A stretch of DNA of 63,767 nucleotides, the filler included, from Choristocarpus tenellus KU-1152 (lineage: Eukaryota > Protista > Phaeophyceae), in assembly GCA_964200185.2 (NCBI GenBank). It is 10 parts of 10 records of this genome, joined end to end, with 100 filler letters (N's around TTAATTAATTAA, not from the genome) between each part and the next. Parts side by side here need not be neighbours in the genome. Positions count along the whole stretch, not along the records: positions 1 to 14,909 come from CAXNAD020001097.1; 9 more parts are not named here. The stretch is one strand, 5' to 3'. This document shows positions 1-14,909 of this stretch, one piece after another. Position numbers and translations under genes: made by a program. Within the stretch, counting starts at the first letter, position 1. Each line of letters opens with the position of its first letter. Under the pieces are notes generated by a model. The model made no database searches, was not told where the DNA came from, and worked only from the letters and a program-made list of their open reading frames with translations.

Positions 1-85
1 TTTCGATAAAGGGCAGGCAAACACACCCAAACCTTTTGCCCCCCCCCCCCCCCTGTGCAAACTACGCTAAGATGCAAAGCAGCAA

Positions 86-3000
86 TTAGCCCTTTTTTGC
101 ATCCTTGGGAAATAGGTTATACACAAAGTTGTGCAGCTTGCTTGGAGTATGTCCATCCCGCGTTGAGTGTTGTACCTTAGCCTCAGGGTTCCCACCACAG
201 CCCACTACAGGCAGCTTTACTCTGTCTCTCTCCTCAGCCCCTAGTGAAGGCGTGCTTTGCATGTTCTTCTCTTGGTTGTTAAGTCCATTGCCTTCCTTAC
301 TACCTTGGCCCCCCAACACAAGGTGCTCATCAGAAATGTTACCGCATTCAGTGGTCTCACTTCCAAGGACCTTGTCATCAAGGAGGCCTTTAGCCTCGTT
401 GTAGAACCTGTTGAGAGCAAGCAAAACATTCAATCTGCTGGATAATATATCAACATCTCGAATGGAGTGAGAAGGTACCTCACACCATGCCGTTAATGCC
501 AAGCACTTGGGGTTCTCCAAACAGTTCAACTACATCTTCAAAAATTGGTGCTATACAGGAAGTAGTTTATGACTTAGTTCTAGTAATTCAACGAGAGTAG
601 TACAGGCATTTGTTTTCAGACAAGTGTTGTTCGCCTACAAAAAAAAAAGCAACGAAATTGTTCAGCAATTGATGGGACTCAACAACAGCATCGTCTTGCA
701 GTATTACACACAATCAATAGTCCTATGCTAAGTAAGGGCTAGAGGTTATCTCACCAAACACACTCATACCCCATCTACACTATAGCTCTAAGTTGATACT
801 CAACAGTATCTATCATTGGGGGCATCAACCGCATCTTCTCACCTGCCCCCATCAATTTCACTATTATTATCCCTTACATCATGTCACCTACATAGTTCAC
901 ATCAAGACTTTGGATTTGACAGCTGCAGTGAGTGCATTTCATGTCTTCTGAGTACCAACATCAACAGTACACTTTCCTTGCATAGCACCTTTTTTTTTAT
1001 ATGAAAGAGCAACGCATAAAGAATTTCTAGACTACAAGTGTGACTCTATCAAAATTTCTGAAGGTTAGCATCCCCAAGCAATTGACCGCAATGTGGTCCA
1101 TCTTCAAGTCCATTTTAACACTGGAGTTAGCACAACGATCAAGCAAGCGCTTCCAACATGATTGGACAAGTCAGTCCATCGACATCTCTACCTATTGATA
1201 GTCAAAGGGGTATCAAACAAACCCTGTCGCACATTTGAAGGCGATGCCTGAGGACCGACACCTCCTTTTCAGCCCGCATGCTTTTGTGTTTCTCTTTTTC
1301 CAACATAGTCCTGCACGTTTCTAGCTCTTTTCTCAGCTGTCTGTTATCCTGTACAACCACGTGTACACTTTCTTGCGCCGCAAGGGCTGCTCGTGATGCT
1401 CTTGAGACAGCGGCATCCCGCTCCAGCTGGATCGGACGATGTGAGATGAATATGAATGATTCTTATTATTGTTCTTTTCCAAGACTTTCAATTTGGTGCC
1501 TGTGTCAATGCCAACTACTCAGGGGGCAGGCAGATGTTTACAAATTTAATAGTAATAGAGTAGAGAGAAGGTGCTTCGCACTGACTGTAGGAACGCCTCA
1601 TATTATTGAACTCCCATCCATTCTATTGTTGTGTGTTGAAACATTCCATTGTACACCTGTTCACTGTCTTTCATTATGCTTGCTGTTGCTGGAATATTCA
1701 GCAAAAGGAGGATAGTTCGGTGAAAAATTCACATAGACACAACAATAGAGAAATTACTACAGTAGTTAGATGGATACTAAAGAGTCCAGCATAGATTGAA
1801 TAACCAGTCAAGAACATCGCTTGTGGTGTGCAGTGAGTGGGACATAATTGAATAGATTAGTAGCCAACATCTACACCATTGATGAAACTAGGTTAATAGG
1901 AATGTTTTCAGTGAATAATAGACACTACACACAAAGTTGTTTAATCTGAAGGTAAAAGTGGAAAGAAAGAGTCAGTCTCTCATTGGTCAGCTAAAATTCA
2001 TTAGCCCCGCCCTTAAAAACGTACCCGACACGATGTATTTGGATAATGTCAGAGTTCTTATTATTGTCTTCTTGTACACCAACTACAACGGCTGTTGAAA
2101 GGAATGACGAACACACAAACAATACAGTCCTAACGGTATCAATAATACAATTAAGGAGGATATGTAGAATGCTGGGTGCTTGCTTCTCCTGCTGCAGCAT
2201 GATCTAAACATAGACCTCCATACCCAGCAGAAACATCATAAAAACACTGGACCAATGATCAGCAAGATGAAAAAACTTTGAGGAAGGTCCAGGAAAGGTC
2301 CGAGGAAGGAGACAAAGCTACGATAGTGGGAACGCTGAACCAAAAAAAAAAGAAGCAAGGCATGAATAGAGGTGGTACAACTAGTCGTAGTGCAAAATTA
2401 GGCAGTAGCTAGTGAAGTAGTATTGTTAGTATGATAACTAGTGCAGTGCGTAGTGCCTCTGACCATGGGTTGGAATAATCCAATTAATGTGCAAAAAATA
2501 ATAATAATAATGCCCCACCAGAAAAACTGGCAACTTTGCAGTCCTAAGACGTGAGCAAGGCAGGGGGCAGGAGAGGAAGCTCATTCCATAGTTTTTTTTA
2601 CCATGGGAAAGAAGGAGAAGAAGGTGTTAGTTTTTTTTAAACTCACTTTCTTCTTTTCTGACCTTTCCATTTCACAGTAGAAGTGAAACGTAAGGTCAAT
2701 GCTGGGTTAGGGTTAGGGATCAGAAGGGGCCTATGGAGGAAGGCAACTGTGGTCATTGACACAGATTGGAAAACGCCATTTCGGCAGAACACACTTGTAT
2801 TCACAGATAATTGCATCATGCAGATTGGGTGCAGAGGTTATAACTATTTCATTGCCTTGGGAAGGCATCCTGTTCAACTATTTCCTCATTTGTCTAACTG
2901 GCAGTTCTATGTTTTCAACGAAGGGGGGTGGGTACATACCATTGATACCACTCTTTACACCAAACACAGGGTGTGAGTGAGAGGCAGGATAATAACCGCA

Positions 3001-6000
3001 CAGAACATGCAGACAAGGTGGTCATATCATGGAAGGAAGGCATTCAAAAATACAAAATAGTAAACGATTCTCTCAGTCCATTGCTAACAATAGCACAGTA
3101 TGCACTGCTGTATCACAGTCAGTTGTGATTTATCTGTTAACGATAGATACAACCAGCAATGTCTATGCTCCAAGGGACAGCTGGAGGTATACATTGTACC
3201 ACACATTGAAGTATGTCAATTTATGTAGCGTAAACACTGTGTCAATAAATATAGCTACTCTTAAATCAGCATAGAAACATAAACGGTGTGTCAATAAATA
3301 TAGCTACTCTTAAATCAGCATAGAAACATAAACGGTGTGTCAATAAATATAGCTACTCTTAAATCAGCATAGAAACATAAACGGTGTGCCCCTCGCGTGT
3401 ACGCATAATTTAACACCTTAATAACAATTGAGGTGTTTTCTTCCTATACCCTCATTTTTTGTCCTTCCCTTTCACCACGGATACAAGCAAGTTTTATGTT
3501 GCTTCCTTGATATCTCTGTGATACATCTCCTTGGTGACATCTGCACTATGGTTTTGAGCATCAATGCATCGTGCATCCAAATATTTTGTGCGGATCTATC
3601 AATCAATGGTATCAGTCAATGGTGAAACCCCAAGCAGGTCCTATCCTCATTTACATTTTTTATTTTTATACAAGGAAGCAAGAACACATATATGAGACTT
3701 GGATGCACAAAGTGTACCAATCAAACCACAACAGGCAGGCCACCCCCCTCGCCCTCCCCAAACTTAACTTTGGCCCCATCCTTGCGCTCATTGTGACGTA
3801 TGCCTCTTACTATTACTAGCACAGGAGAGCATCAGGTGGTGTGGTGCACACATCAAACGTGACAAAAAGGAATGTCATCCATGTCATGCGTTGCTACACA
3901 TCGGGCACATACAGTCTGACTGCAATACCCCAGGAAGTAAAAAAATTGGAACACAACATTTTAAAACTTTCCTTCCTCAAGGTGTGTATTTTGATCATAT
4001 TTGATATTTGAGAAAACATTTGATAATCCAAGGTATCGGAAAAAACTGGTGTCCCACCTGATGGAGAAATGTTTATTGAGTGAACTGGAGTATTGCTATT
4101 ATTATTGTTAGTGATTGTTGTCACTGAATGTCTGTTCTTACCTTCAAGTGCCTGGCTTCCTGTATTGCCCGTTGCTTGTCCTCCTCTAGTTGTACCACAG
4201 AGACTGTCAAAGTCGAAACAACCTGCTGCATCCCTGCATTGACAGTAATTCCCTCTTTAGACTGATCTACATTGCCACCAGCAAATGCGACCTCATCCTG
4301 ACCTGACTTGTCACTCTTCTGAAGTGCAAAACACTCTGGCATACATACCCCATGAAACAATATTTGCATAGGGACAGACAGGCACATAAGACAGATAAGT
4401 GACAACCAAAAATGCAATGAGGTGTGAAATGGGTTAATGCAAGGCATTTGATTTTTCCTTTCAAGTCCTTCAAACTGCTCTAGGCTATGATATGTGCAAT
4501 TAACTTACCATACTGCAGTGATAAAAATATATATATTGACAAGGAGGGCAACGCTGGAAGGGATGAGGGACTACTTACTTATCCACCTTTCATGGTATAT
4601 ATTCAACAGAAGATTTCATGTATGACTTTAAGTTGATGTATTTATAGCAGTCTCTTGGTCATTGACCAGCCCAATCCCCACCAAAGTAGGATAAAGCGCC
4701 CTAGGAAAACTGAGTTTTCTTACATTTACCACCACTAAGATACATACACTGAACTGACAATCTGGCAAACACTGTGACCTCAAAACAGATAAGCATCTTT
4801 TGAGAGGCTACTCCATCTGCTACGAGAAGAAAGGTGTAATTAACAATACTGTAGAATACATAGAGTTAGGGTTAGGGTTATGTTCATGGTTATTAATAGC
4901 TTCATTGTAATACAGTGGTAATTTTATGGGTACAAAGTAAAAACTATGGACAGTCGTAATGTGTGAAGTTAGCACTTGAATGTGAAAATCTTAATATATG
5001 CACAGTACTTACTAGAGGTAGTAAATATATTGCGCCATAAATATTCAGAGTACTTCAAGCACACTGATGACTGACAACAATCAGCAGTTTGCCTAATTGA
5101 ACCCGTCATACTAGAGCTATCTATATATACAATATTCTTGTACAATAGTCTTGTTGACACTGTTCATTTACATAAATATAGATGAACGGGCAGTACTCCA
5201 AAGTTCAAGCATTAAGGAGAAAATGTCAATGATACTCTGGTTAATAACATGCAGCAACGCTAACAGCACAGTGTAACAGCTGCTAAAGTGTAGTCCACTG
5301 ACCAGCTTTAAGTCGGTCAAAGCGGTCCTGCTCCTTGTGCATATATGCTAGTTTGTCGGCAGTCAATAAGGTCACCTCCATTTCCGCCTTCTCTTTGGCA
5401 GCCTCCGTTCTATGCAAGCGTTCTGCCAGTACAGCCAGGTTGGAGTGTAGTTCCTGCTGTTGTTCATCCATTGTCTGACACAAAGGTATCACTGATGTTA
5501 GTGAGATTAAAATAGGTAACAGGTGAGTGTATTAGGAGCACTTTGCTGTAATCCTTTTGCCTATCACTTGACAATACTGATAATCGGTAAAAAAAAGTAT
5601 CTGGTCGGTAACACCGTTGCTCCCATAAAACTAGTATGAACTCTAAATTGATAGTATTATTCTGATATTGTCCGGATGTGTCACGGCAAATCAATCTCCA
5701 AATGATTTTATTTCAGGAACGATCCATCGCAGGTCTCGACACGTATCAACAACATATTATTTGTTTGTGCGGTGTTGATATCATATGAATTACTTACACT
5801 GAAACGGAGAGGCTCGAACTCATCACCGAAGAACATCAAAAATTTCATCGCCAATGTAAAAAAAGCGGAGATGGAGAGGCTCGAACTCTCGACCTTAGGC
5901 TTATGAGACCTACGCGCTAACCAACTGAGCCACATCTCCTCTTGCACATACATGAACTCCTGGCCAATATAAATATTGCTGGCTTCACCACCTTAACACA

Positions 6001-9000
6001 ACCTCTGCACCTTATTGAGAGTTTTTATATCTTTCAGTATACTTTAAGTATCATAATGATGTTAGCTTAGCCGTAGCCATTAAATACACGAAGAGGGCAT
6101 CCTAAATAGAAGCACTGCTCACCTGCATTTGAGATTTGACTGTCTTCTGGTTCATGTATTCCTCATGCCTGACCTCTTTCTCCAGAACAGCCTGGAGTCC
6201 GTCCTTCAATCTAAGGTGATTAACTACACAGCGAAGCTTAGATATCTCAGACATTACTACTTCTGTGACCATTTTCACCTTGAAAGCTCGAGACTCTCCG
6301 TCCTGTGAATATAGTCAGCAAGAGGAAGTTAATTGTTGGGAACGACACTGATGATCTTTGGCACTCTTCATCCATCATGTGCGCATGTAATACTCTTGAA
6401 GTTTCTGGCGGGAGGATCACGTAGGAGATAAGATAAAGGGCGGGCATGACCTCTGAACAACAAGGGTGTCCGGGAGAAGTGGGGGAAATTGATGACAAGG
6501 ATGCAACACCATTGTCCATGTAATAAAACAATCATAAGGATATGTGCTTCATAAATGACCCTCTAGACTCGTGTCACTACAACAATGCAAGACCCTTCTC
6601 CTTGGAGACCACACCAACCATTGCTAAAAGCAGTATTACCATAATGAGCAAAATGATACAAAAAATAATCTGCAATGATGACACTGCATTTGGAAAAAAA
6701 TGTATCTACCCTGGTTTCTTTCAGGCATATAGCCTCACAGGTCATCCATAGCAATTGCAACACACCATATGTCTAGTCCACTCTAATGTACACCTCACAG
6801 TTACAAGTACACCACCAGTGTCCAATAATTCACTGCTGTGGTATACACTGAAACTGGGTCAGCATTGTACCACTGGGTAAAGCTGGTCTCCTAAATCACC
6901 CGCATGATAAGTTATTGTTTGGGCGAGAGAGAGGAGGTTTAGCCTATGAAAGTGTATCTGCAACAGATTGTGACAGGAACAGCACAAGGAACATTGTCAA
7001 GGCGTACCTCAAAAGCTGGAATGAAAGCTGAGCAGGTGGGCAACACAGGATCTAACCAACTGCTGGGGTTCTTTCTTGGTGAATACTACATTAGAAGCAC
7101 GCCTTTACTAACTGCTTCTTATTGTAGGATATAATACAACAGTTCCTGTGTGTCCCTTCTCCCCCTGACAGCATCTCACAACGTCAGAGAGCACAAAAAA
7201 TCATGAGCTTTGCCTATGTATACATGCATCAATGTACATTAGAACTTACAAGAATCTTGCTGGCACTGGAGGTCCTGGAGGTAGAGGAAAAGGCAGCCTG
7301 GGGCAATGAGACCTCATCCATCTGTGTATCATGATCTATGTTGGCCACCTCTCCTGCATCTCCAACATTGCCCTGTCGGGAATTTTCAAGAAATTTTAGA
7401 AGAAGATCTGCACAACACACCGGGCCAAACCATGTTACCGATGTAATATAGCGTTCCAGGCTCTGGCACTGCCAAGCTTGTGTGCCTGAAGGGAATGGAG
7501 TGGAGTGGAGTGGAGAGGGAGAAGGGTGGGGCATTGTCAAAGAAAGGTGTAGCATCGCATAACCTCACTGTCTGGCAGGAACTGACTTCTCCACGGGTTC
7601 AACAGACTTGCATGGCCAACTTCTCTTCATACTACCACCACAATATACTGAAATCATCATATCATAGGGAAGATCTCATTCCCAATCAAGGATTAATGCA
7701 AGCAGTAAGTATGTACAGTATGTTTGAGTATGACCATTTTTTACCACTAGGCAAGAATTTACAACCAACCTTCATAGCCTACACCTTGCTCAAGACCAAA
7801 CTGAATACAGCAACTCATGCCCTCAAACATCGTAATCTTACCATGGTCACCCGAGTACGCCTGCATCACCAATGCTGCACCCAGAAGAGTATCTCCTGTA
7901 TCAAGTATGGGGGAGATTGAAGTAAAAATATCCTCCTTCACTTGATCCCCTTCCTCTTCCCTGCCCACCTCATCTACCTCAGGAATGACTTGGGACATGA
8001 ATAGATCGACCAGGACAGCATGAAAGCAGCACACATCTTCCCACGATCGTTTGACCCTTGAAGTCACCCTCTCCACCCCTGCTTCCCCTGTCTTGTACCC
8101 AGCTTCCACATTGCTCTTATTCGCACCCCAAGCACCACCTCTAAGTGACACAATCTCGATATCAAAAATCGGATTTTCAGAGGCTTGAACTGCTGACTCA
8201 TTCTCCTGAGCCTCTACCCCCACAACACGTACTGACATTGAACGCAGTGGGTTCCTGCATGCAAAAGCACCACGCTGATACCCTCCACTCTTAGACCACC
8301 CATTGGTATACAGGGCATTGCCTTGCGCAACCTCATTATTGGGGAGGTCACTATTTGCCACAAAGTTCTGTGGCACTGACCTGTCACCCTGTGGCAAAGT
8401 GGTGGTCATCGTTTTCATTCTTCCTGAGTCTGTTTTAGCGACCAGGATTGTCTCCACTCCTCGAGGTACGGTCACAGGTGACGATTGTCCCCTTTCTTGG
8501 TCAGTCTGTTCAATGGAGGGCACAAATGCAGACTTAGGAACCTTCACCCTGGCCTGGGGCACTGCTGCCACAGCCTCAAACTTATCCCTTACCATCCTCT
8601 TGAGGGTCGTCTTGAGCTGTATGGCACTCTTGCGACTTTGTTCGGTCATTGATGTCTTCAAAGTTTCCCCTCGAGATCCTTGCTCCACCCTAGCACCAAC
8701 ATATAGACTGGCAAGCCCAACATCCTTTTCCTGAGCTCGATTCCACTTCATTTGACATTTTAATGTGGATGGTCCCAATAAGGTACTTCGTGACAGCTGT
8801 GCCGTCCTATCTTCCTTTGCAGCATGATTATGTCCATAGGCACGAGCAATTTGGATGCGGTTTTGCAGTGCTTTAATCCAACTCTCTCTCTCCACTCGGG
8901 AGTCACACACCAGTAGGTGACTTTGCCCTGCTGTTGCTTGGCCAGAGTAGGCACTCAAGAGGTACGACAGACTTCCACTGCTGTATGTATGTTGCACCCG

Positions 9001-12000
9001 TTCATCACTCCCATCCTCCATGATTTCTCCTTCGTGGTTGGCACCCATCATGATCATAAACACCTTCTGTGAAGACACTATCTGGGACACTCTGACCCCT
9101 GGTGGTAAGCGATGATCCAATATCTGTGTAGTTGACAACAAAGGGATCACCACTTCCACTGAGGGGCACCCAGGGGACGGGAACAGTAGGAGAGGACCTT
9201 TCCCCTTTGGTAGCACAGCCCAGTAGCAAGTGAGCCCACCCAATCGGCGACCTCTTTGACCCAAGAGTGCCCCATCACCCCTCCGTAGCCAGCCACAGAT
9301 CTCTGAGTTGGATAAAGCTCGTGCACTAAATACTCCAAGGGAGTAGCGAAGCTGTGCTGCAGAAGACAGGGCAAACTCCAAGGATGCCTCCTTCTTAGCC
9401 TCATCTGCAAGGGCAGCCAAAGACAAGACTTGTTCCTGTACAGTCTCTAGGGTTAGGGTAGCATCAAATAGCTCACTTTGGGCATCGGTCAACAGTCCGT
9501 GCCTGAAAATCACAGACCAGCAGCACAAGTCAGCAAGCAGGTGGGGAAGAGGGGTTGGTAGGGGAGACAAGAAGCTGGCACCTATTGAGATACTTCAAAA
9601 TTTCATGCGAGTTGGGGTGCATGATCTATTGGCAATGCATATGACCTGTATAGTTTCATGGTGGCAGGTTGAACAACTCCCTTGCTCTTACCTATGACTA
9701 AGTAGTTCAATATTGAATACTGATTGCTCATACCTCACTCAGACCTACAAACTCACTGCATGTCCTAAAGTGGGTTATTGTGTGAAGTCTTGCAATGGTC
9801 TACTGCTGAGCCTACCTACCAGTTGGGGCTAGCATGCTTACCTGATCTGATTAATGAAGCTGAACTGGTCATTGTGGATCGAGTCACTTTCCAGCCCCAT
9901 CATAGCACTGCCAGAACAAGGGGCAGAAAAATTATCCATCTTATCCTGTCTTCCAGTATCCTGTACTGAGAACCCATGGTTGGAAGCATTGGTGACACTT
10001 GATTGACCAAAAGAAACCTGCCACACCTTCTTGTAAAACTCTTCAGGGCCGCCGAGCATGCCAGCCAAGAGCAAAGACCACTCTTGCACCAAGATCTCTA
10101 GTGCACTCAACTAAGGACAAATAAAGACACAGTTTTTGCGGTACAGGTTGGGAAAGGCAAGGATATAAAGCTGAATAGATGATGGCAGTTTAAAGATCAA
10201 GTGTGAACCCTGCCATTATTGATGCTTGATGCTGTATATAAAAGTTTCACAGGGTATGCAACTGTACAGTTCCATCTAAGATCGAATCACCCTAAAGGAC
10301 AGGCTGGCTTTGTACCAAGGATGGACTTCCAACAGCTCTAAAATTATCAATAGGAAATCGGTGGCAGCGGCGGTTTGGTGCCATGACTCTGAGTGTGAGG
10401 TTGTATGCCAACCCAAATTATACTATTTTGGCTGAGTACTCCCCATAAAGTGTCCACAAGACTTCAAAGACTCGTTGTCAAGGCTCACTATGCACACCCA
10501 ATCCAATCAAGTTGACCACACACCTGAGCTTCGCTCACGCTCCGAGCACAGGATAGTAACTGTGGTTGCCCAGTTACATAAATTTCCCCCAGGGAGCAGC
10601 AGACCATTTCCATCTTGGAGGATCTCATACGACCCTCAGCTCTGAGTGAGAAGGGTGCAATCAAGCCAAACAAGCCACCCTTCTTTCTGCTCCCCTCCCT
10701 TTCGCCGCTTTCACCACTATCTACACCATCCCCTTTAGTGTGAATACCATGTTCCAGGACTGTTACCACTGAAGCTCTGTCTCTGGAACTTATACTGGCA
10801 TCCAGCTCCTCTTTTCCCTTGTCTCCTAAGTCACACCATGCCTCCACGGCATCAGCGCTACCCTTCCAGTTCTTGTGATCATGACACAGCAGGTCAAGAC
10901 CCGGCACTACTGGTGGTGAGAGTGACATCTGTACTCTCTGGGCTCTCAACAACACAGTGGGATATGTCTCAGTGGAGCATGTCTCGTGTAAGCCTCCTCC
11001 AGGCGTTTGTGGCAAGGTCATGAGGACATGTTCCAGCTCTAGTCCTACAGATACACCCTCTACGCACTTGCATTTTGTAGTGACCTCCACATGGCCTTGG
11101 TCTCCTGGTCTGGTTGATCCATCACTCGTCCCACCAACTCCTATGACATCAATAGTGGGACCGACTGACCTGTCCCTGACCAAAATAGAGTCTGCGTGAG
11201 GGGGCTCAGATGGCTGCAGGGCAAAAAAGTTAAGGAGCAGAGCACCTAAGGTGTATTTGTGGAAGCCAATGAGGTCCTTAGCACTGCTGACTTGTATCCT
11301 TTCCTTGGATGTCATATTGTCAGATGTGCCGCACAAAAAGGTGTCAGCCATAAGACTGGACAAGTATGGACTCTTCAACCTAGAGGAAAAACAGAGCAGG
11401 GTTAAAAGGGTTGACATCTCAAGTATAGTATGTAAAGCACTGGGCACACAGGATATAAAATATAGTAATCAGCACCTAAAATATACAAGTACACAAAACA
11501 AATCTGTGGAACACCCTACACCTACAGCCCTGTGATTGTCCAACACGATGAACTCTGATGCACGCCAACCAATGTCACACACATATTTGCAGCTGCAGCT
11601 AGTGGCAATTCAATGGGCATAGGCAAAAAGGCAAGTACCGAGAAGATAAATCTTCAACTAACCCTAACCCTAACCCTATGAAACACAAAGAAAAAAATGT
11701 CAAAACAGTTTGTACAAATGTAACAGCAGTCTAACCACAATCCTTTGAGCACAGTACAGTGTGATTAGAAGGTACAGTGGTGCTTTGACCGATCTTACAA
11801 TTGAAGCAGTTGCTATTAATAGTAGTGAAACACATTCTTGAGGCACAATATGCATTCCATGTGCATAACGCACACCTTCATAGCTTACCCACCACTATCC
11901 AGGCAGACAACCATGTCCTGTCTCATCACTGCAGCCAGTTCCTCTGTCATCACAACAATAACTTCTGGGTGAACTATGACATCCAACCTCCCTTCAGTCA

Positions 12001-14605
12001 CACGTGCAGATATCCTAGCACCCTCAATGCACTTTCCATCCCCAACACTTCCACTTTTTCCTTCCTCCTGACAATGACACACAATCCTCTCTACCCTGAG
12101 GAGCAGGGCATCGGCAGATGATTCACCCACAGATGAATCACTCATCTCTGGCCCAGTACCCAACCCATTCCAAGATGTAGCATCTGCTGCCCCCATGTGA
12201 TACTCTGCTGTGTCCCTTTCAATCACGGATGAGGTTTCAAATGTATAATCATGGTCTATCAAGTCTCCAGCAGGTTTCAAATGTATAACCTGTGCAAGAG
12301 GACATGGTGCTGGAAGTCAATCGCTGACAGATTTCTGGTCAGACTATGATTGATGCAGAACAACTATCAGAACAACTATCAACAGTAGCAAAGATAAGAA
12401 TCATAGGGTCAGGGATGAGGTAGCTAAGTATGTATGTACATGATGCAACAGCTAGGAGCTTACCTTGTGACCACATACAGCCATCCTCACCCCAGTGATG
12501 ACCACTTTGTTGATACATGTTACTGTCTCCATATCTTTGTCCCCTCCCCCACCCAACTCCTCCAATCCCCACCCTCCAGTTTGTGCAGGCGTCTTTACTG
12601 ATCCCAAAGTGTCACCTTCATTCTGTACTCTACTCCTAGGGAATTCTAGCAAGCCCTGATGGAGATGGCAGGAGGTAGGGTAAGGGTTGGTAAACAGAAA
12701 CAACATCCATCCATCCATCCATCCATCCATCACATTGTTGTTGCGGTAGCCTTACTGAGTAATGATATCAACATTGAGGAGGTAGGGGATGTTGATTGTG
12801 TCGTATGTCATGTGCCATCATGCAGGGATCCTATTCAGACAAAAGGTTACTTTTAAAACTGTATCCCCTGGCTCAGCATATTTTTTTCATTGCTGTGTTA
12901 TGACTTAAAGTTGACACCATGGCTCTGGTAAAACACATAAATAATCACACTGTAAATGATAGGAACTGTAAATGATAGGAACAGACACAATGATCGCATG
13001 ACCATGTGCCAGATTACACCCCAATAGATAGTCCCAATACAGCAACTACTAGAAAATTACATATGCCAGATACACAGAAAATGAATGTCTTCAACTGATC
13101 AAGAACCTATGAACTAACTCATAGCCTACAGCTTTGAATTGTGAGACATCCTCAACCAAAACATGAAAACTTGACTAATACTAGCACCTCATCTCACCAC
13201 AGGAGGTAGGCCATTCATATGGACCAAGTGCATGCTCTATAAAAGATGGCTAGTGGTACGTAACCCTTACGTAACCCGAACCAACAAATGCAATTGAAAA
13301 ATTCAATACAAAAAAAAAGGTAAGAAAGCCCCCGAAATGTACACTTCTCACCTGAGCCTCTCTTGCATGAAGCGTCACCACTTCCTCTTCATTATATCCT
13401 TTTCCCTTAGCCTTGCTTCTCCTACACCAGTCCCCCACACCGGCATCTCTGGCTGTTGAGCAACCTGGCACCACAATCTCCAGCCCTTTAATCTTCCACA
13501 TGATGTATGAAGTTGGAGAGTCTCTAGTTGGTGCCGTTGATTCATCATTTGATTCTCTATAAACCTTATCTGGCCTCATCTTCATCTTCATATTTTTGTC
13601 TTCAACAGGCTCCGTACGAGTTTCCCCTCCCATAGGTAGTAATCCTGAGGCTAGAACCACATCAGCATGACCCATAGTTGATATCACTACTGATGTCAGG
13701 ATGGGCACATCAGCCTTCACAGTCAAGTTCTTGACAATGACCGAGATCCGTTGTATGGCATGTTCATCCTTTGGAATATAGTACGCCTCCTGCAGGTCAT
13801 CAAGGCAGTACAGGCTTGCTGGTCCCCATAGGCAAAAGGAAGAGCTACGGGTATGGTGTGAGGACGAATCTTTGATAACATCTTCCCTGATAACACCAGG
13901 CTGCTCTGCACCAATTGAGGGGGCAACACGAGACCTGCTAAGCTCCTGCAAGCGCAACTGGACGGATGGCATCAATCTCCACAGTCCCTGCTGTGCCCCC
14001 AGGCCCACATCAGTCTCCTTTGAGGGTAACACGGGGGCCATGTCCGTGGCTGGGGCAGGGGTCGGATCAATGGAGACTGATACTGCTGCCCAGCATGGGC
14101 CCAGCAAGGTGTTGGATGTATGATTTCCTGGACTGCTGAAGGCGTTGACAATACCTGCGGACAGATGCAATCCAGCCACACAGATCTGCAGCCGCCAAGG
14201 TACAAGAGTCTGCCCCACCTCGTCAATGATTGTATCTCCAATGTCAAGTTTGAGGTAGCCATCATCCTCAACATTCGGAAGCCCTTCTGCCACAGTTGGT
14301 GTCTGTTGTGCTGGTTGCGATTGGGATGGGGTCACGGTGCTCTTTGCCTTATGTGTGCCAGATCTCTTTTGTGCAATATTTTCCCCTATTAATACCTCTC
14401 CTTCACCCCCGTCAATGTTGTTCCTATCTGCACCCCCTGAGTCATTTACTGGTGCAAACGAGGAGACATCTCTCTTCTGCGATGGGAATAGATCACCTTT
14501 TGTCAATCGCTTGTCTATGAAAGAGGAATGGTCACCATGACCCAGTCCACAGGGGACCATCAGCCTGGTAGATACGGTTAAATTCTCAAACCCTAAACTG
14601 AAATA

Positions 14606-14646
<41 letters not shown>

Positions 14647-14909
14647 GGCCTGCCCTTTTCCCCCCTTCCCTCCACCCTTCACCTCCGATACTTGCATCTG
14701 AGGTCCCCTTTCCCTTGCATCCCATTGTTGGTGGGTGAACAGACACACTTCCTACAGGAGGAACAACAACCTGTGCTGAACAAAATCGGAGGTCCAGTTC
14801 TGTAATACCCCCTGGTAACATCACTTCCACTGTCCCGTCATTGTCCCCAAGGCCCCAGTCTCCTCGCACCCAATGTGGGTCCCACGAGGACAGGAAGGCA
14901 TTGAACAGA
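86..14909 (-). CDS. Large multi-exon gene (5' truncated): long low-complexity/beta-rich N-terminal region, PH domain, PX-like domain, C-terminal coiled coil
   Basis: Phase-compatible GT-AG exons on the minus strand: 13352-14909, 12464-12655, 11889-12289, 10524-11379, 9842-10110, 7842-9574, 7250-7485, (one exon unresolved), 6123-6210, 5303-5474, 4142-4266, 1262-1426, 86-529 (stop). PH-like: ICGWLRR...YWAVL...LLLF...HLLVCDSRVERESWIKAL. PX-like: VKRSWEDVCCFHAVL...IPEV plus next exon LERYITSV...LLLKFLE. Later exons are E/K/Q/R-rich heptads. Confidence 0.75.
3238..3388. repeat. Perfect tandem repeat, 49-bp unit x3, intronic
   Basis: TGTGTCAATAAATATAGCTACTCTTAAATCAGCATAGAAACATAAACGG occurs three times with no spacers. 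Confidence 0.95.
5866..5939 (-). tRNA. tRNA-Met(CAT), elongator-type, intronic
   Basis: Minus strand: GGAGATG/CATCTCC acceptor stem, TAGGT-CTCATAA-GCCTA anticodon arm, GAGAG-TTCGAGC-CTCTC T arm, followed by a T7 Pol III terminator (A run 5858-5864). Confidence 0.92.
14608..14644 (-). repeat. (GCA)n coding microsatellite, poly-Ala tract
   Basis: (TGC)12 on the plus strand; a run of 12 Ala in the minus-strand exon. Confidence 0.9.

Noticed and set aside
3238-3388. CRISPR-like array
   Set aside because: Identical head-to-tail 49-bp units with no spacers and no cas genes, inside a eukaryotic intron.
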